Shown one piece after another: positions 18,286 to 27,297 of a stretch of DNA of 38,808 nt. The stretch lies in assembly GCA_028864975.1 (NCBI GenBank), contig JAGWLG010000035.1, positions 1-38,808 on the forward strand. The letters are read 5' to 3'. This stretch comes from Thermoplasmata archaeon. Its GTDB lineage: Archaea > Thermoplasmatota > Thermoplasmata > Lutacidiplasmatales > UBA184. Each line of letters begins with the position of its first letter. Positions within the stretch are counted from its first letter, which is position 1. The position numbers were made by a program, and so were the translations under genes. Below the pieces are notes generated by a model that saw only the letters and a program-made list of their open reading frames with translations, was not told where the DNA came from and ran no database searches.

Positions 18286-19077
18286 TCAGGTCAACAGATA
18301 ACCGCCGTCGACCACCATCGTGACCCCTGTGACATAGCTCGCCGCCGGGCTCACCAGGAAGAGGGCTGCGCGGGCGATATCGTCGGGTTCGCCCATCCGA
18401 CGGAGCGGGATCCTCGAAAGGAAGTGCTCCATCAACTTCGAGAGGTCGGTCCCCGGAGGCGCGGCCGTTGCAGCCGAGGCCCCCGGCGTCGCGATGCTCC
18501 CTGGAGCGATGGCGTTGACGCGAACCCCGAAGGGCGCCCATTCCAGCGCCAGCGAGCGAGTGACCATCCTCAGACCTCCCTTCGATGCGTCGTAGGGGGA
18601 AAGCTGTCCGGTGGGGTGAAGGGCGTCGATCGAGGCCATGTTGACGATCGCACCCCCCTTCCCTTGCTTCTTCATCTGCTGGGCGACGGCTTGCGCCAGG
18701 AAGAAGGACCCGCGAAGGTTGACCCCCATGACCCGGTCCCAGAGCTCCTCGCTGACGTCAAGCGCGGGAGCGAACGGGAAGATGCCCGCGTTGTTGACCA
18801 GGATGTCCACCTGCCCGAACTCCTTCACGGCGGCCTCGACCAGCTTGCGGATCTGGGCCACCTGGCGAACATCGGTCTTCACGAACAGCGACCTCGCCCC
18901 CGACTTGGAGAGTTCGGCCGCGAGGGCCTTTCCCTTCGCCTCCTCGATATCCGCAACGACCACGGAGGCCCCCTGCGCAGCAAGCCTTCGTACGATCCCT
19001 TCCCCGATCCCCATCGAGGATCCTGTGACGATCGCCGCGCGTCCCTTCAGGTCGAAAAGTTCGCTCCAGGGTTTCAT
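18286..19077 (-). CDS. SDR-family NAD-dependent oxidoreductase (FabG/glucose-dehydrogenase-like)
   Basis: TGSSMGIG, NNAG, MAS, YDASK, VNAIAPG; true start ATG 19077 (the ORF-track extension is not protein-like). Confidence 0.93.
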   Translation of the reverse strand: MKPWSELFDLKGRAAIVTGSSMGIGEGIVRRLAAQGASVVVADIEEAKGKALAAELSKSGARSLFVKTDVRQVAQIRKLVEAAVKEFGQVDILVNNAGIFPFAPALDVSEELWDRVMGVNLRGSFFLAQAVAQQMKKQGKGGAIVNMASIDALHPTGQLSPYDASKGGLRMVTRSLALEWAPFGVRVNAIAPGSIATPGASAATAAPPGTDLSKLMEHFLSRIPLRRMGEPDDIARAALFLVSPAASYVTGVTMVVDGGYLLT

Positions 19078-19118
19078 GTCGCACCCAAGGGAAACTTCCC
19101 AAGCGAGTAGATAGGCGG

Positions 19119-19482
19119 GGAGTGAACTCCAGCTCACGAGACCCTTCCGCGGAGGGCTCGCCGGGTCCAGGCGGACCCGGCCCCGGGGCCGCCGTGGTGG
19201 GGGGAAGACCTCCCGTGCTGGGACCTCTCCGCTCTGTAGGTCAGAGGCGGGGGCGTCAGCCGTAGTGCGTCCTACTCGAGCGCGGGCGACCTCGCGCGAC
19301 CGTACTTGGCCATGCCGAGGGACCCCTACCGACCCGGCCGACCTCGGAGGTCGCTGGCCCCCTCCCCCGGAGCCTATGACAGCTTTCATTCGTCCTCCCT
19401 CTTCGGGGGCTACTGAGAGCCGTTGGGGAGGGGTGGACGTCGGACCAAGGTCGAGAGCGACCTCGGTCCTGGTTCTCGCTCC
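19119..19482. ncRNA. Candidate structured non-coding RNA or non-autonomous element (unidentified)
   Basis: Longest non-coding gap in the window; at least 8 stems plus a possible end-to-end helix (19119-19132 with 19469-19482). Confidence 0.3.
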
Positions 19483-19493
19483 GGTCCGGTCGT

Positions 19494-20648
19494 ATGAGAT
19501 GGGTTGTTTACCTCGACATGGACGCCTTCTATGTCTCCTGCGAGCTCAAGCGCCGACCTGAGCTCAAGGGACAGCCGGTCGCGGTGAGCGCCGACCCCAA
19601 AGGGGGGAAGGGGCGGGGGGTGGTCCTGTCGGCGTCCTACGAGGCCAGGAAGTTCGGTCTACGATCCGCGCTTCCGGTGAGCCAGGCCTACGCCCTCTGC
19701 CCGAGCTACATCTGGGTCCTACCGGACTTCCCGTTCTACGAGGAGAACTCCAAGGACGTGATGGCCCTCCTCACGGCCCGCTCACCTCAGGCGCGCACCT
19801 TCAGCATCGACGAGGCCGCCTACCCCTGGGAGGGGGGAGACCCGGCGGGGGCGGAGCGTGAGGGTCGAGAGCTTCAGAAGGACGTCAGGGAGCGGTTCGA
19901 CCTACCCTGCTCGATCGGGATCGGCCCGTCGCTGACGGTGGCCAAGATCGCCTCGGACCGGGCAAAGCCCGGGGGGGTCGTGGTGGTCCCCCCGGACAGC
20001 GTCAGAAGCTTCCTCGCGTCCCTTCCCACGCGAGCCATACCGGGGATCGGGAAGGTCACGGAGGAGGAGCTCGCCCGAGTCGGAGTGGCGACCATCGGAC
20101 AGATGGCGGAGCTCCCCGTCGAGCGGCTCCGCAAGGCCTTGGGCGCCATGGCCCCCGGTATGAGCGACCTCGCTCGGGGTGTCGTACGCGAGGAGCCCTG
20201 GCCCGATGAGGAAGGGCCGAGGTCGATGGGGGCGATGAGCACCTTCGACACGGACAGCTCCGACCCGAAAGAGGTCCGCGAGGAGGTCGACCGGCTCGCC
20301 CGTGCGCTCGCGGAGAGCGTTCAACGGCAGGGTCGGAGGTTCCGGACGGTGACCCTCCGCGTACGTCGTAGCGACTTCCAGCAGCTGCAGCGGAGCCGGA
20401 CGCTCCCCCAGAGGACCGAGAACACGGAGACGTTGGTCCGTGGGGCCCTTCAGCTCCTTGACCAGGTCCTCTCGGAGCTTGCGCAGGATATTCGCACCCC
20501 TCCCCCGTCGCTAGAGGAACCTCCACCCACGGGTCCTCCCCGGTCCCGTCCGGCCCGGTGGGGGATCCGCACGGTGGGGGTCTCGGTGGCCGACCTCGCG
20601 GAAGGTTCTCCTTCGCAGAAGAGCCTGGACCGTTTCGCCTCCGACTGA
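19494..20648 (+). CDS. dinB: Y-family DNA polymerase IV (DinB/Dpo4)
   Basis: YLDMDAFYVSCE, SASYEARKFG, SIDEA, KIASD..KP, IPGIG; C-terminal PIP-like QKSLDRF. Confidence 0.96.
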   Translation: MRWVVYLDMDAFYVSCELKRRPELKGQPVAVSADPKGGKGRGVVLSASYEARKFGLRSALPVSQAYALCPSYIWVLPDFPFYEENSKDVMALLTARSPQARTFSIDEAAYPWEGGDPAGAEREGRELQKDVRERFDLPCSIGIGPSLTVAKIASDRAKPGGVVVVPPDSVRSFLASLPTRAIPGIGKVTEEELARVGVATIGQMAELPVERLRKALGAMAPGMSDLARGVVREEPWPDEEGPRSMGAMSTFDTDSSDPKEVREEVDRLARALAESVQRQGRRFRTVTLRVRRSDFQQLQRSRTLPQRTENTETLVRGALQLLDQVLSELAQDIRTPPPSLEEPPPTGPPRSRPARWGIRTVGVSVADLAEGSPSQKSLDRFASD

Positions 20649-20725
20649 CCAACGCCACGCTCATACGGAAGAGGTCCTCTGGGGTCGGGCGAGGCCACCG
20701 AGAGGAACGGCGGCAGGAGCGCGAA

Positions 20726-21592
20726 GTGCTGCCGCTAGTACTGCTCCTCCTAGGCATCTTCCTGCTCGCCGTCGGTGCCGGTGTGCTAGGTTCGATGCTG
20801 GGGCTGGGGGGAGGCATGGTCATCGTCCCCGGGTTGGTCCTGCTCTTTGGGGTCGACGTCCATTGGGCGATCGCGACCTCTCTGGTCTCGGTGATCGCGA
20901 CCTCGGCCGGGTCGGCTTCCCGGTACGCTCGCAAGGGCCTCCTCCATCTCCGCCTGGGGTTCTTTCTCGAGGTCGCGACCGTGGTCGGGGGGCTCGTGGG
21001 CGCGGTCCTCACCGCTGCGGTGCTCATCGGACCGGTGGGCACCGAGGTCCTTCTCTTCCTGTTCGCCGTGGTCGCTTCCTCGGCGAGCTTCCTCCTCCTG
21101 CGAGACCTTCGGCGGGGCGGAGTTGCGGAACAGCCCCGTGACCCGCTCGCGGACCGCTGGAGGCTGCACGCGACCCTCCCGGCCGACGGCCCCTCCCCCT
21201 CCCGGGCCTTCCGGGTCGGTCACGTACGCGAGGGGCTGTCGCTGAGCTTCGTCGCCGGGCTCTCCTCTGGCCTGCTCGGGATCGGCGGGGGGCTCTACAA
21301 GGTGCCTGCGATGACCGCGGTCATGGGGGTGCCGATGAAGATGGCCTCGGCCACAAGCTCGCTGATGATCGGAGTGACCGCGGCCTCGGGGGCGTTGGTC
21401 TTCCTCTTGCATGGCGAGGTGGCTCCGCTCATCACCGCCCCCGTCGCCGTCGGGACGCTGGCGGGGACGCAGGTGGGGACGCACGTGCACGCGGTGGCCT
21501 CCTCCCGCGCCCTCCGCATCATCTTCCTCGTGGCGATCCTGGCCGCCGTCGCTTTGATGATCCTCCGGGGGCTGGGGGTGACCTCGGCATGA
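20726..21592 (+). CDS. TauE/SafE family (sulfite exporter-like) membrane protein
   Basis: Two copies of the G..G.GGG...VP motif (GSMLGLGGGMVIVP; GLLGIGGGLYKVP), AIATSL/ASATSS; SD AGGAG before GTG 20726. Confidence 0.9.
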   Translation: MLPLVLLLLGIFLLAVGAGVLGSMLGLGGGMVIVPGLVLLFGVDVHWAIATSLVSVIATSAGSASRYARKGLLHLRLGFFLEVATVVGGLVGAVLTAAVLIGPVGTEVLLFLFAVVASSASFLLLRDLRRGGVAEQPRDPLADRWRLHATLPADGPSPSRAFRVGHVREGLSLSFVAGLSSGLLGIGGGLYKVPAMTAVMGVPMKMASATSSLMIGVTAASGALVFLLHGEVAPLITAPVAVGTLAGTQVGTHVHAVASSRALRIIFLVAILAAVALMILRGLGVTSA

Positions 21593-21987
21593 GCACGGTC
21601 GCGGGGGAGCCCTCCTCTCCGACGCGGGCGATCGACCTCGCTCAGCTCTCGGAAAGACTGGGTCGGCTCCTTGCTGCCGGCGTCCTCGCGAGCGCTTTCC
21701 TGCTGGCCGTGGGCGTGGTCGTCATCGTCGTGTTGGCGCCCGGGACGGGGATGGATGGGCTCCTCTCGGCCCGGTCGCGGGGAAGCTGGGGACCCGCATC
21801 CCCGGGGGTCCTCCTCATCGCCTCCGGGATCGTGGTGCTCGTGGCCACCCCCGTGGCCCGAGTCCTCCTGGCAGCGAGAGCGTTTGCGACCGCTGGAGAG
21901 GATGACTATCTGGGACTTGTCCTTGCGGTGCTGCTCATCTTGACCTTGAGCGTTGTCGTCGGTTATTGGCTCCCGCCCTCGCTCTAG
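21589..21987 (+). CDS. DUF1634-like membrane protein (usual TauE partner)
   Basis: ATGA-coupled to TauE; L..G..VLVATPVARV motif; 3 TM. Confidence 0.75.
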   Translation: MSTVAGEPSSPTRAIDLAQLSERLGRLLAAGVLASAFLLAVGVVVIVVLAPGTGMDGLLSARSRGSWGPASPGVLLIASGIVVLVATPVARVLLAARAFATAGEDDYLGLVLAVLLILTLSVVVGYWLPPSL

Positions 21988-22078
21988 CTTCCGTTCGTGC
22001 CTGGTCCCGCGGTGGCACGGTGCCCCCTCACGTTGATGTGGTGGGCGCGCTCGCCCCCCAGAAGGAGGGGCGAAGCGA

Positions 22079-23404
22079 GTGTCATCGGAGATCCCCGAAG
22101 CTGCGTTGCGTCTCGCTGAGACGCTCTCGAAGCCACGGTGGAAGGGGAGGTACCCCTCCCCCGATTTCGAGGGTCGTTCCCTTCCCAATGTCGGGGCTTC
22201 CGCCTTCCTCCGGGCCGGAGGAAGTTCGACCCCTCCTCTCCTCTCCGCGCTCCATCCCGACTATTCGGAGGGCTCCGAGCCAAGGGGGCCCGGCACGACC
22301 AGCGTGGTCTTCCTGTTGGACGGTTTTGGCTGGAGCGCGTTCCGTTCCTTGGTCGAGCGGGCCCGGAGCGCGTCGGAGCGCCACCTCGCCGAAGCCCTTG
22401 TCGCCCGGACGCTCCCGCTCACCACGGTCTTTCCCTCCACGACCTCGTCGGCCTTGATCTCCCTCTCGAACGGGACCGCCCCAGGGACGCACGGGATCGT
22501 CGGGTACACCGAGTACTTCCCGGCCTGGGGTTCGATCCTGAACACGCTCAAGTTCGCCCCACCGTGGGGGGGGCCGCGGGACGTCGCCATCGCCAAGGGG
22601 TTCCAGCCGCGGGACCTCCTGACCGTCCCCACGCTCTTTTCCCGGGGCATCCGTTCTGTCGCTCTCACCAAGGAGGCCTTCCAGGGCAGCGCCTTCACCC
22701 GGATCCTCTACGAGGGGGCGAAGTTCGAGGGGTACCTCTCGCTCTCGGACCTGAGCCACCACCTCGCGCGCATCCTCTCCCTCCCCCGCTCGCATCGTCC
22801 CGGGCTCGTATGGGTCTACTGGGACCTGCTGGACGCGGTCGGTCATCTCAACGGCCCGCACCCCGAGATGGCCATGGACGAGATCGCCCATGTCTTCCGC
22901 GCGTTCGTCTCGGCCGCGGCAAGGATGACGCCCCAGGCGCGAGAAGGGGTCCATCTCTTCGCGACCGGGGACCACGGCCAGGTCGAGGTCTCCCCACCGA
23001 AGGCCCGGGCGGCGCATGAGGACGCAAGACTGATGTCGCTCCTGCAGCGTCCCCCTTCCTGCGAGCGGAGGGCGGCGATCCTCCAGGCGCGAGCGGGCCA
23101 ACGCGAGGCCTTGGAGGAACACCTGCGCGCCACGCTCCCGGAGGACTGGACGGTGCTCTCGGTCCCGGAGTGCATCGCCGGTGGTCTCTTCGGGCCCCCT
23201 CCACACCACCCCGACCTTTCGGCCCGCCTCGGCGACTTCCTGGTCCTGGCCGGCGAAGGGGGCACGATGTGGTACCGGCCTCCTGGCGCTCGGGGTCCGG
23301 AAGACCGGTTCCTCCGGGGAAGCCACGGTGGACTGAGCCCCAACGAGCTCTTGGTCGCGCTGGTCTCAACGCCCTTTGAAGAGCTCGCTCGCTGGCAGGC
23401 GTGA
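22079..23404 (+). CDS. Alkaline-phosphatase-superfamily nucleotide pyrophosphatase/phosphodiesterase
   Basis: LLDGFGW, TVFPSTT (Thr nucleophile), DAVGH, TGDHG, GSHGG. Confidence 0.88.
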   Translation: MSSEIPEAALRLAETLSKPRWKGRYPSPDFEGRSLPNVGASAFLRAGGSSTPPLLSALHPDYSEGSEPRGPGTTSVVFLLDGFGWSAFRSLVERARSASERHLAEALVARTLPLTTVFPSTTSSALISLSNGTAPGTHGIVGYTEYFPAWGSILNTLKFAPPWGGPRDVAIAKGFQPRDLLTVPTLFSRGIRSVALTKEAFQGSAFTRILYEGAKFEGYLSLSDLSHHLARILSLPRSHRPGLVWVYWDLLDAVGHLNGPHPEMAMDEIAHVFRAFVSAAARMTPQAREGVHLFATGDHGQVEVSPPKARAAHEDARLMSLLQRPPSCERRAAILQARAGQREALEEHLRATLPEDWTVLSVPECIAGGLFGPPPHHPDLSARLGDFLVLAGEGGTMWYRPPGARGPEDRFLRGSHGGLSPNELLVALVSTPFEELARWQA

Positions 23405-23567
23405 AAGGTCCGATCATCGATCCGGCGGAGGGGCTTCGAAAGGAGCACGAGTGTCGTTCGAGCTCCGCGAGTGGCGGAGGAGACCTCGAACGCGCTTCGG
23501 CCCTCCACGTGAAGCGTTCCTCGGTCCCCTTCGGCGACGGTTCGGCGGGGGTGGGTCCCACCCCGAG

Positions 23568-23645
23568 TTTTATGGGGGCCCTCAGCTCCCCCGGACCTAC
23601 GGAAAGCGACGCCCTTTCCGGTGTGATGACTCCCGAGTGAGGTGG
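23568..23645 (+). promoter_or_regulatory. TATA-like TTTTAT (23568-23573) and SD GAGGTG (from 23639) of infB
   Basis: AT-rich hexamer in GC-rich DNA; SD shortly before ATG 23649. Confidence 0.4.
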
Positions 23646-23648
23646 CCA

Positions 23649-25418
23649 ATGTCCCTACGACAGCCCATCGTTTCCATGATGGGTCACGTGGACCACGGGA
23701 AGACGACGCTCCTCGACAAGATCGCCGGTTCGGCGAAGGCCTCGAAGGAGGCGGGGGGGATCACCCAACATATCGGAGCCGTCGAGGTCCCCCTCAAGGT
23801 CATCGAGAAGGTGTGCGCGGGACTTCTGCGCGAGGAGCAGTTCTCCATCCCCGGGCTGCTGTTCATCGACACTCCCGGGCATCGCTCCTTCGTCACGATG
23901 CGACGTCGCGGCGGGGCTCTCGCGGACATCGCGATCGTGGTCATCGACGTGCGGGAGGGGGTCATGCCCCAGACCCGCGAGGTGCTCCAGATCCTTCGCC
24001 ACGAAAAGACGCCGTTCATCATCGCCGCGAACAAGGTCGACACCATCCAAGGGTGGCGCACCCCCCCGGCGCGCACGCCGCTCCCCGCCTTCTTGGCCAC
24101 CCTCCCCACGGACACGCAGAAGGCGATCGATACACGCATCTACTCCCTCTCCGAGATGCTGGACCAGCTCGGGTTCTCGGCCGAGCGCTACGACCGGGTC
24201 TCCGACTATACGCGGAACGTGGCCATCGTTCCGGTGAGCGCCAAGACGGGCGCGGGCATCCCGGACCTCCTGGCGGTGATGGTGGGGCTCTCCCAGCGCT
24301 TCCTCGAGGAGGAGCTTCGTCAGGAGGAGCGGCCAGGGGAGGCCACGGTGCTCGAACGGACCGAGGAACGGGGGATCGGCCCGGTGGCGAACGTCATCGT
24401 CTACCAGGGAAGGATGAAGGTCGGGGACCCGATCGTCGTCACGGGCACCGACGGGCCCTTCGTGTCGAAGATCCGGGTGCTGACCCGACCCGTGGTGGTC
24501 CGGGCCGGCCGGGGGACCCCTTCCCGAAGGATGGAACCGCTCACCGAGGCGGTGGCGGCCTCCGGGGTCCAGCTCTCCGCCCCGGAGATCGAAAAGGCCC
24601 TTCCGGGGGGGCTCATCAAGGTCATCACCGCCAGCGGAGGGGAGGCCGCCGCCGAGCGGGCGCGGGAGGAGCTGGAGAGCGAGACCTACCCGGTCGCCGC
24701 CGTGGAGGAGAACGGGGTCTGGCTGAAGGCGGACACCCTCGGGGGACTGGAAGCGCTCGCTTTCGAGTGCAAGGAGGCCCGTATCCCCATCAAGGGGGCG
24801 GAGGTAGGCGCCGTCACGAAGCGCGACGTGCTGGTCATGAAGGCGGTCAAGGACCCGCTCTCCCGGGCGGTGCTGGCCTTCGCCGTCCCTGTGCATCCCG
24901 AGGCCGCCGCGACCCTCCCGGGCGCCGACGTGAGGGTGTTCTCGGGAGAGGTCATGTACCGCCTCCTCGAAGAGTACCAGGAGTGGAAAGGGAAGCGCCA
25001 GATCGAACTGGAGCAGGAACGGCGAAAGGCCCTCGTCCACCCCGCGAAGTTTCAGGTCCTACCAGGGTTCGTGTTCCATCGATCGCATCCGGCCATCGTG
25101 GGCGTGAAGGTGCTGGCGGGAACGCTGCGACCCCCCAGCCGCCTCATGGCGAAGGACGGCACGGACGTCGGCCTCTTGCGGGGGCTACAGGACAAGGGGG
25201 ATTCCCTCAAGGAAGGAGAGGAAGGGGCGGAGATCGCCGCCTCGATCGAGGGCGCGACCGTAGGTCGGTCGTTCAACGAGGGGGACACGCTCTACGTCGC
25301 TATCTCCGAGGAGGGTGCACGAGCGCTCGCCCGCGTCGAGCTCCGCCCCTCGGAACGCGAGGTCTTCGACGAGGTCCTCCAGATACGCCGTTCCAAAGAG
25401 CCGTTCTGGGGCAAGTGA
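23649..25418 (+). CDS. infB: Translation initiation factor aIF5B (IF-2)
   Basis: LRQPIVSMMGHVDHGKTTLLD, EAGGITQHIG, DTPGH, NKVD, VSAKTG, GTLGGLEAL-like KADTLGGLEAL, HPAIVGV. Confidence 0.97.
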   Translation: MSLRQPIVSMMGHVDHGKTTLLDKIAGSAKASKEAGGITQHIGAVEVPLKVIEKVCAGLLREEQFSIPGLLFIDTPGHRSFVTMRRRGGALADIAIVVIDVREGVMPQTREVLQILRHEKTPFIIAANKVDTIQGWRTPPARTPLPAFLATLPTDTQKAIDTRIYSLSEMLDQLGFSAERYDRVSDYTRNVAIVPVSAKTGAGIPDLLAVMVGLSQRFLEEELRQEERPGEATVLERTEERGIGPVANVIVYQGRMKVGDPIVVTGTDGPFVSKIRVLTRPVVVRAGRGTPSRRMEPLTEAVAASGVQLSAPEIEKALPGGLIKVITASGGEAAAERAREELESETYPVAAVEENGVWLKADTLGGLEALAFECKEARIPIKGAEVGAVTKRDVLVMKAVKDPLSRAVLAFAVPVHPEAAATLPGADVRVFSGEVMYRLLEEYQEWKGKRQIELEQERRKALVHPAKFQVLPGFVFHRSHPAIVGVKVLAGTLRPPSRLMAKDGTDVGLLRGLQDKGDSLKEGEEGAEIAASIEGATVGRSFNEGDTLYVAISEEGARALARVELRPSEREVFDEVLQIRRSKEPFWGK

Positions 25419-25483
25419 AGAGTCGCCGGGGGTGGGAGGCCGCCCCCAGCTCTTGCGTTCGGGCCGTCGCGGCGAGCACGGCC

Positions 25484-26239
25484 CTACTCGACTTCGCTTG
25501 GGGCGGGGACTTCGGAGCCTTCCTGGTCCCTCTCTTCGTCCTGTGGGAGTTGGGTCCCTGCGCTGGACTTCCCGGGGTCCTGGGTCCCGTTCTCGAGCTC
25601 TTCCTCCCCCTTCTCCTCCTCCGGCTCGGGCAGGACCTCGGGCATGGTCTTCCCCGTGTAGGGGTTGCCTCGAAGGAAGAAGCCCAAGAACGCCAAGATC
25701 CCGCCGACCACCGAGAGCGCCCCGGCCGCGACCAGGACGATGGTGACCTCCCAGAGCGGGATACCGGAGGAGGTGTTGGCCGTGACCGTGTACCCCGCGT
25801 CGACGAGGGCCGCCGCGCTTCCGAGGTTCAGGACGTCCAGAACGTACGGATACTGGGTCGCGGGGTTCGCCGTGAAGATGGCCGAGTAGCCTCCGTGGCC
25901 GTTCGTGGTCGCCGAAACGTTGACCAGGACGCAGGGCCCCGAGGCGCCGGGGTCGGCCAAGTCCACGTTGGCGCAGCTCCCGGTGGCCTTGAGGAAGTAG
26001 ACCTGGACCTGCGCGGACGACGCAAGGTTCACGGAGATCCACCCCGAGGTGATCGCCACTCCCTGCGTGCTCAGCCCCACCGACTCCACCAGGTGGCCGT
26101 TGGGGGAGATCGAGGTGGAGGGAACGCCCCCGGTTTGGGTGATCTTGGAGGTGGACGGGAAGTTGATCAGGCCGACCCCGACGACCAAGAGCCCCAGGGC
26201 CACGAAGACCCCACCGGCCATGACGAGGCCCGGTCTCAC
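25484..26239 (-). CDS. Hypothetical membrane protein (N-terminal TM, beta-rich ectodomain, TM, acidic tail)
   Basis: Hydrophobic N-terminus, Cys pair in the beta domain, second TM, Glu-rich tail; GTG 25 nt from the TATA. Confidence 0.75.
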   Translation of the reverse strand: MRPGLVMAGGVFVALGLLVVGVGLINFPSTSKITQTGGVPSTSISPNGHLVESVGLSTQGVAITSGWISVNLASSAQVQVYFLKATGSCANVDLADPGASGPCVLVNVSATTNGHGGYSAIFTANPATQYPYVLDVLNLGSAAALVDAGYTVTANTSSGIPLWEVTIVLVAAGALSVVGGILAFLGFFLRGNPYTGKTMPEVLPEPEEEKGEEELENGTQDPGKSSAGTQLPQDEERDQEGSEVPAPSEVE

Positions 26240-26263
26240 GGCGAAGCTACCCTTGTAAATAGC

Positions 26264-26269
26264 TATAAA
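26264..26269. promoter_or_regulatory. Bidirectional TATA box
   Basis: Reads TATAAA (+) and TTTATA (-); about 24-25 nt from GTG 26293 (+) and GTG 26239 (-). Confidence 0.6.
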
Positions 26270-26292
26270 CAGTGGCCCTGCTAGCCCCTCAC

Positions 26293-27246
26293 GTGGAAAG
26301 CGCCGTCCCGGCCCCCGTCGGTGGGGTGGAGGGGGGCGTAAGCCCTCATTGCCCGGAGTGTCGCGGTAGCCGGTTGGTCCGCGACGTGGCGTCCGGCGAG
26401 CTCCATTGCGGCGACTGCGGGCTCGTCCTGGGGTCCCAATGGATCGCGGACGATCTTCCCTATTCCGGCGCCGACGGGCCCTCGGAGGGGGGAAGGGGCG
26501 TCGGCCCGTTCGTCCCTACAGGCGCTCCCCGGCGACACTTGGGCAGCACCCTGGGGGTGCGGCGCGACGGACAGGGGCGCGCGCTGAGCGCGGACCGTCG
26601 CAACTACTACGGGCATCTCAAATGGCTCATGGACCGGGAGGTCACGCGCAGGTCCGACAGTCCCCTCGATCGCTCTCCGGCCCGCGACCTCCTGGCCAGG
26701 ACGTCGTCCACCCTGGGGCTCCCGACCGTGGTCCTGTCGGAGTCCGAGCGGATCTTCCGCCTGGCCTCCCAGCGGGGGGCCTTCCGCGGACGTAACCTGG
26801 GCTCGAGCGTGGGCGCTTCGCTCTACGCGGCGTGTCGGAGGTTCGGGCTTCCCCGCACGCTGGGCGAGGTCAGCAAGGTGGTCGGTGTGCGCCGATCCGA
26901 GCTGGGACGGGCGTTCAAGGCCCTGAGCCGCAATCTCGGAACCCCGGTGCCCATCGTCAATCTCCAGTCCTACCTCGCCCGCTACGCCGAGGAGCTTGCG
27001 CTCTCCCCGAAGGTCCGTTCGACCGTCGAGGAGATGCTTCGCGCTACGCAAGGACACCCCGAGGTTTCGGGCCTCTCCCCCCACGGCCTTGTGGCCGCCC
27101 TCATCTACCTCGCCAGCGAGCGGCACGGAGAGTCGCGGGCCCGGGTCCAGGTGGCCAGGGTCGGGTCGATCACCGAGGTCACCCTCCGGTCGACGAGCAA
27201 GACGCTCGAGCGGCTGCTCGCTGCGAAGCCCCTCAACACCGAGTGA
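26293..27246 (+). CDS. tfb: Transcription initiation factor IIB (TFB), divergent paralog
   Basis: Zn ribbon CPEC...CGDC; two cyclin repeats (GRN...ASLYAACR..LPRTLGEV; SPHGLVAALIY...TEVTLR). Confidence 0.92.
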   Translation: MESAVPAPVGGVEGGVSPHCPECRGSRLVRDVASGELHCGDCGLVLGSQWIADDLPYSGADGPSEGGRGVGPFVPTGAPRRHLGSTLGVRRDGQGRALSADRRNYYGHLKWLMDREVTRRSDSPLDRSPARDLLARTSSTLGLPTVVLSESERIFRLASQRGAFRGRNLGSSVGASLYAACRRFGLPRTLGEVSKVVGVRRSELGRAFKALSRNLGTPVPIVNLQSYLARYAEELALSPKVRSTVEEMLRATQGHPEVSGLSPHGLVAALIYLASERHGESRARVQVARVGSITEVTLRSTSKTLERLLAAKPLNTE

Positions 27247-27297
27247 GACGCCCCACCAGCGGTCGGGCCTGCTCCTCGGTGGGAGACCGGGGGCAGC

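Noticed and set aside
19078-19389. 104-aa N-terminal extension of the SDR (start 19389 with GGAGG SD)
   Set aside because: The extension is low-complexity and lies in the hairpin-rich element; the SDR fold begins at ATG 19077.
19119-19482. RNase P RNA, SRP RNA, TPP riboswitch or group II intron domain V
   Set aside because: Required cores (GAGGAAnnUCC and ACAGAA; CAGG..GGAA..AGCA; full TPP aptamer; domain V helix) are not present on either strand, only fragmentary look-alikes.
22079-23404. BREX PglZ defence gene
   Set aside because: Stand-alone alkaline-phosphatase-fold enzyme with no brx/pgl neighbours.
23401-23640. 79-aa ORF, and a box C/D or K-turn element (GTGATGA at 23622-23628)
   Set aside because: The ORF spans the infB promoter and is not protein-like; there is no CUGA D box and no flanking stem for a K-turn.
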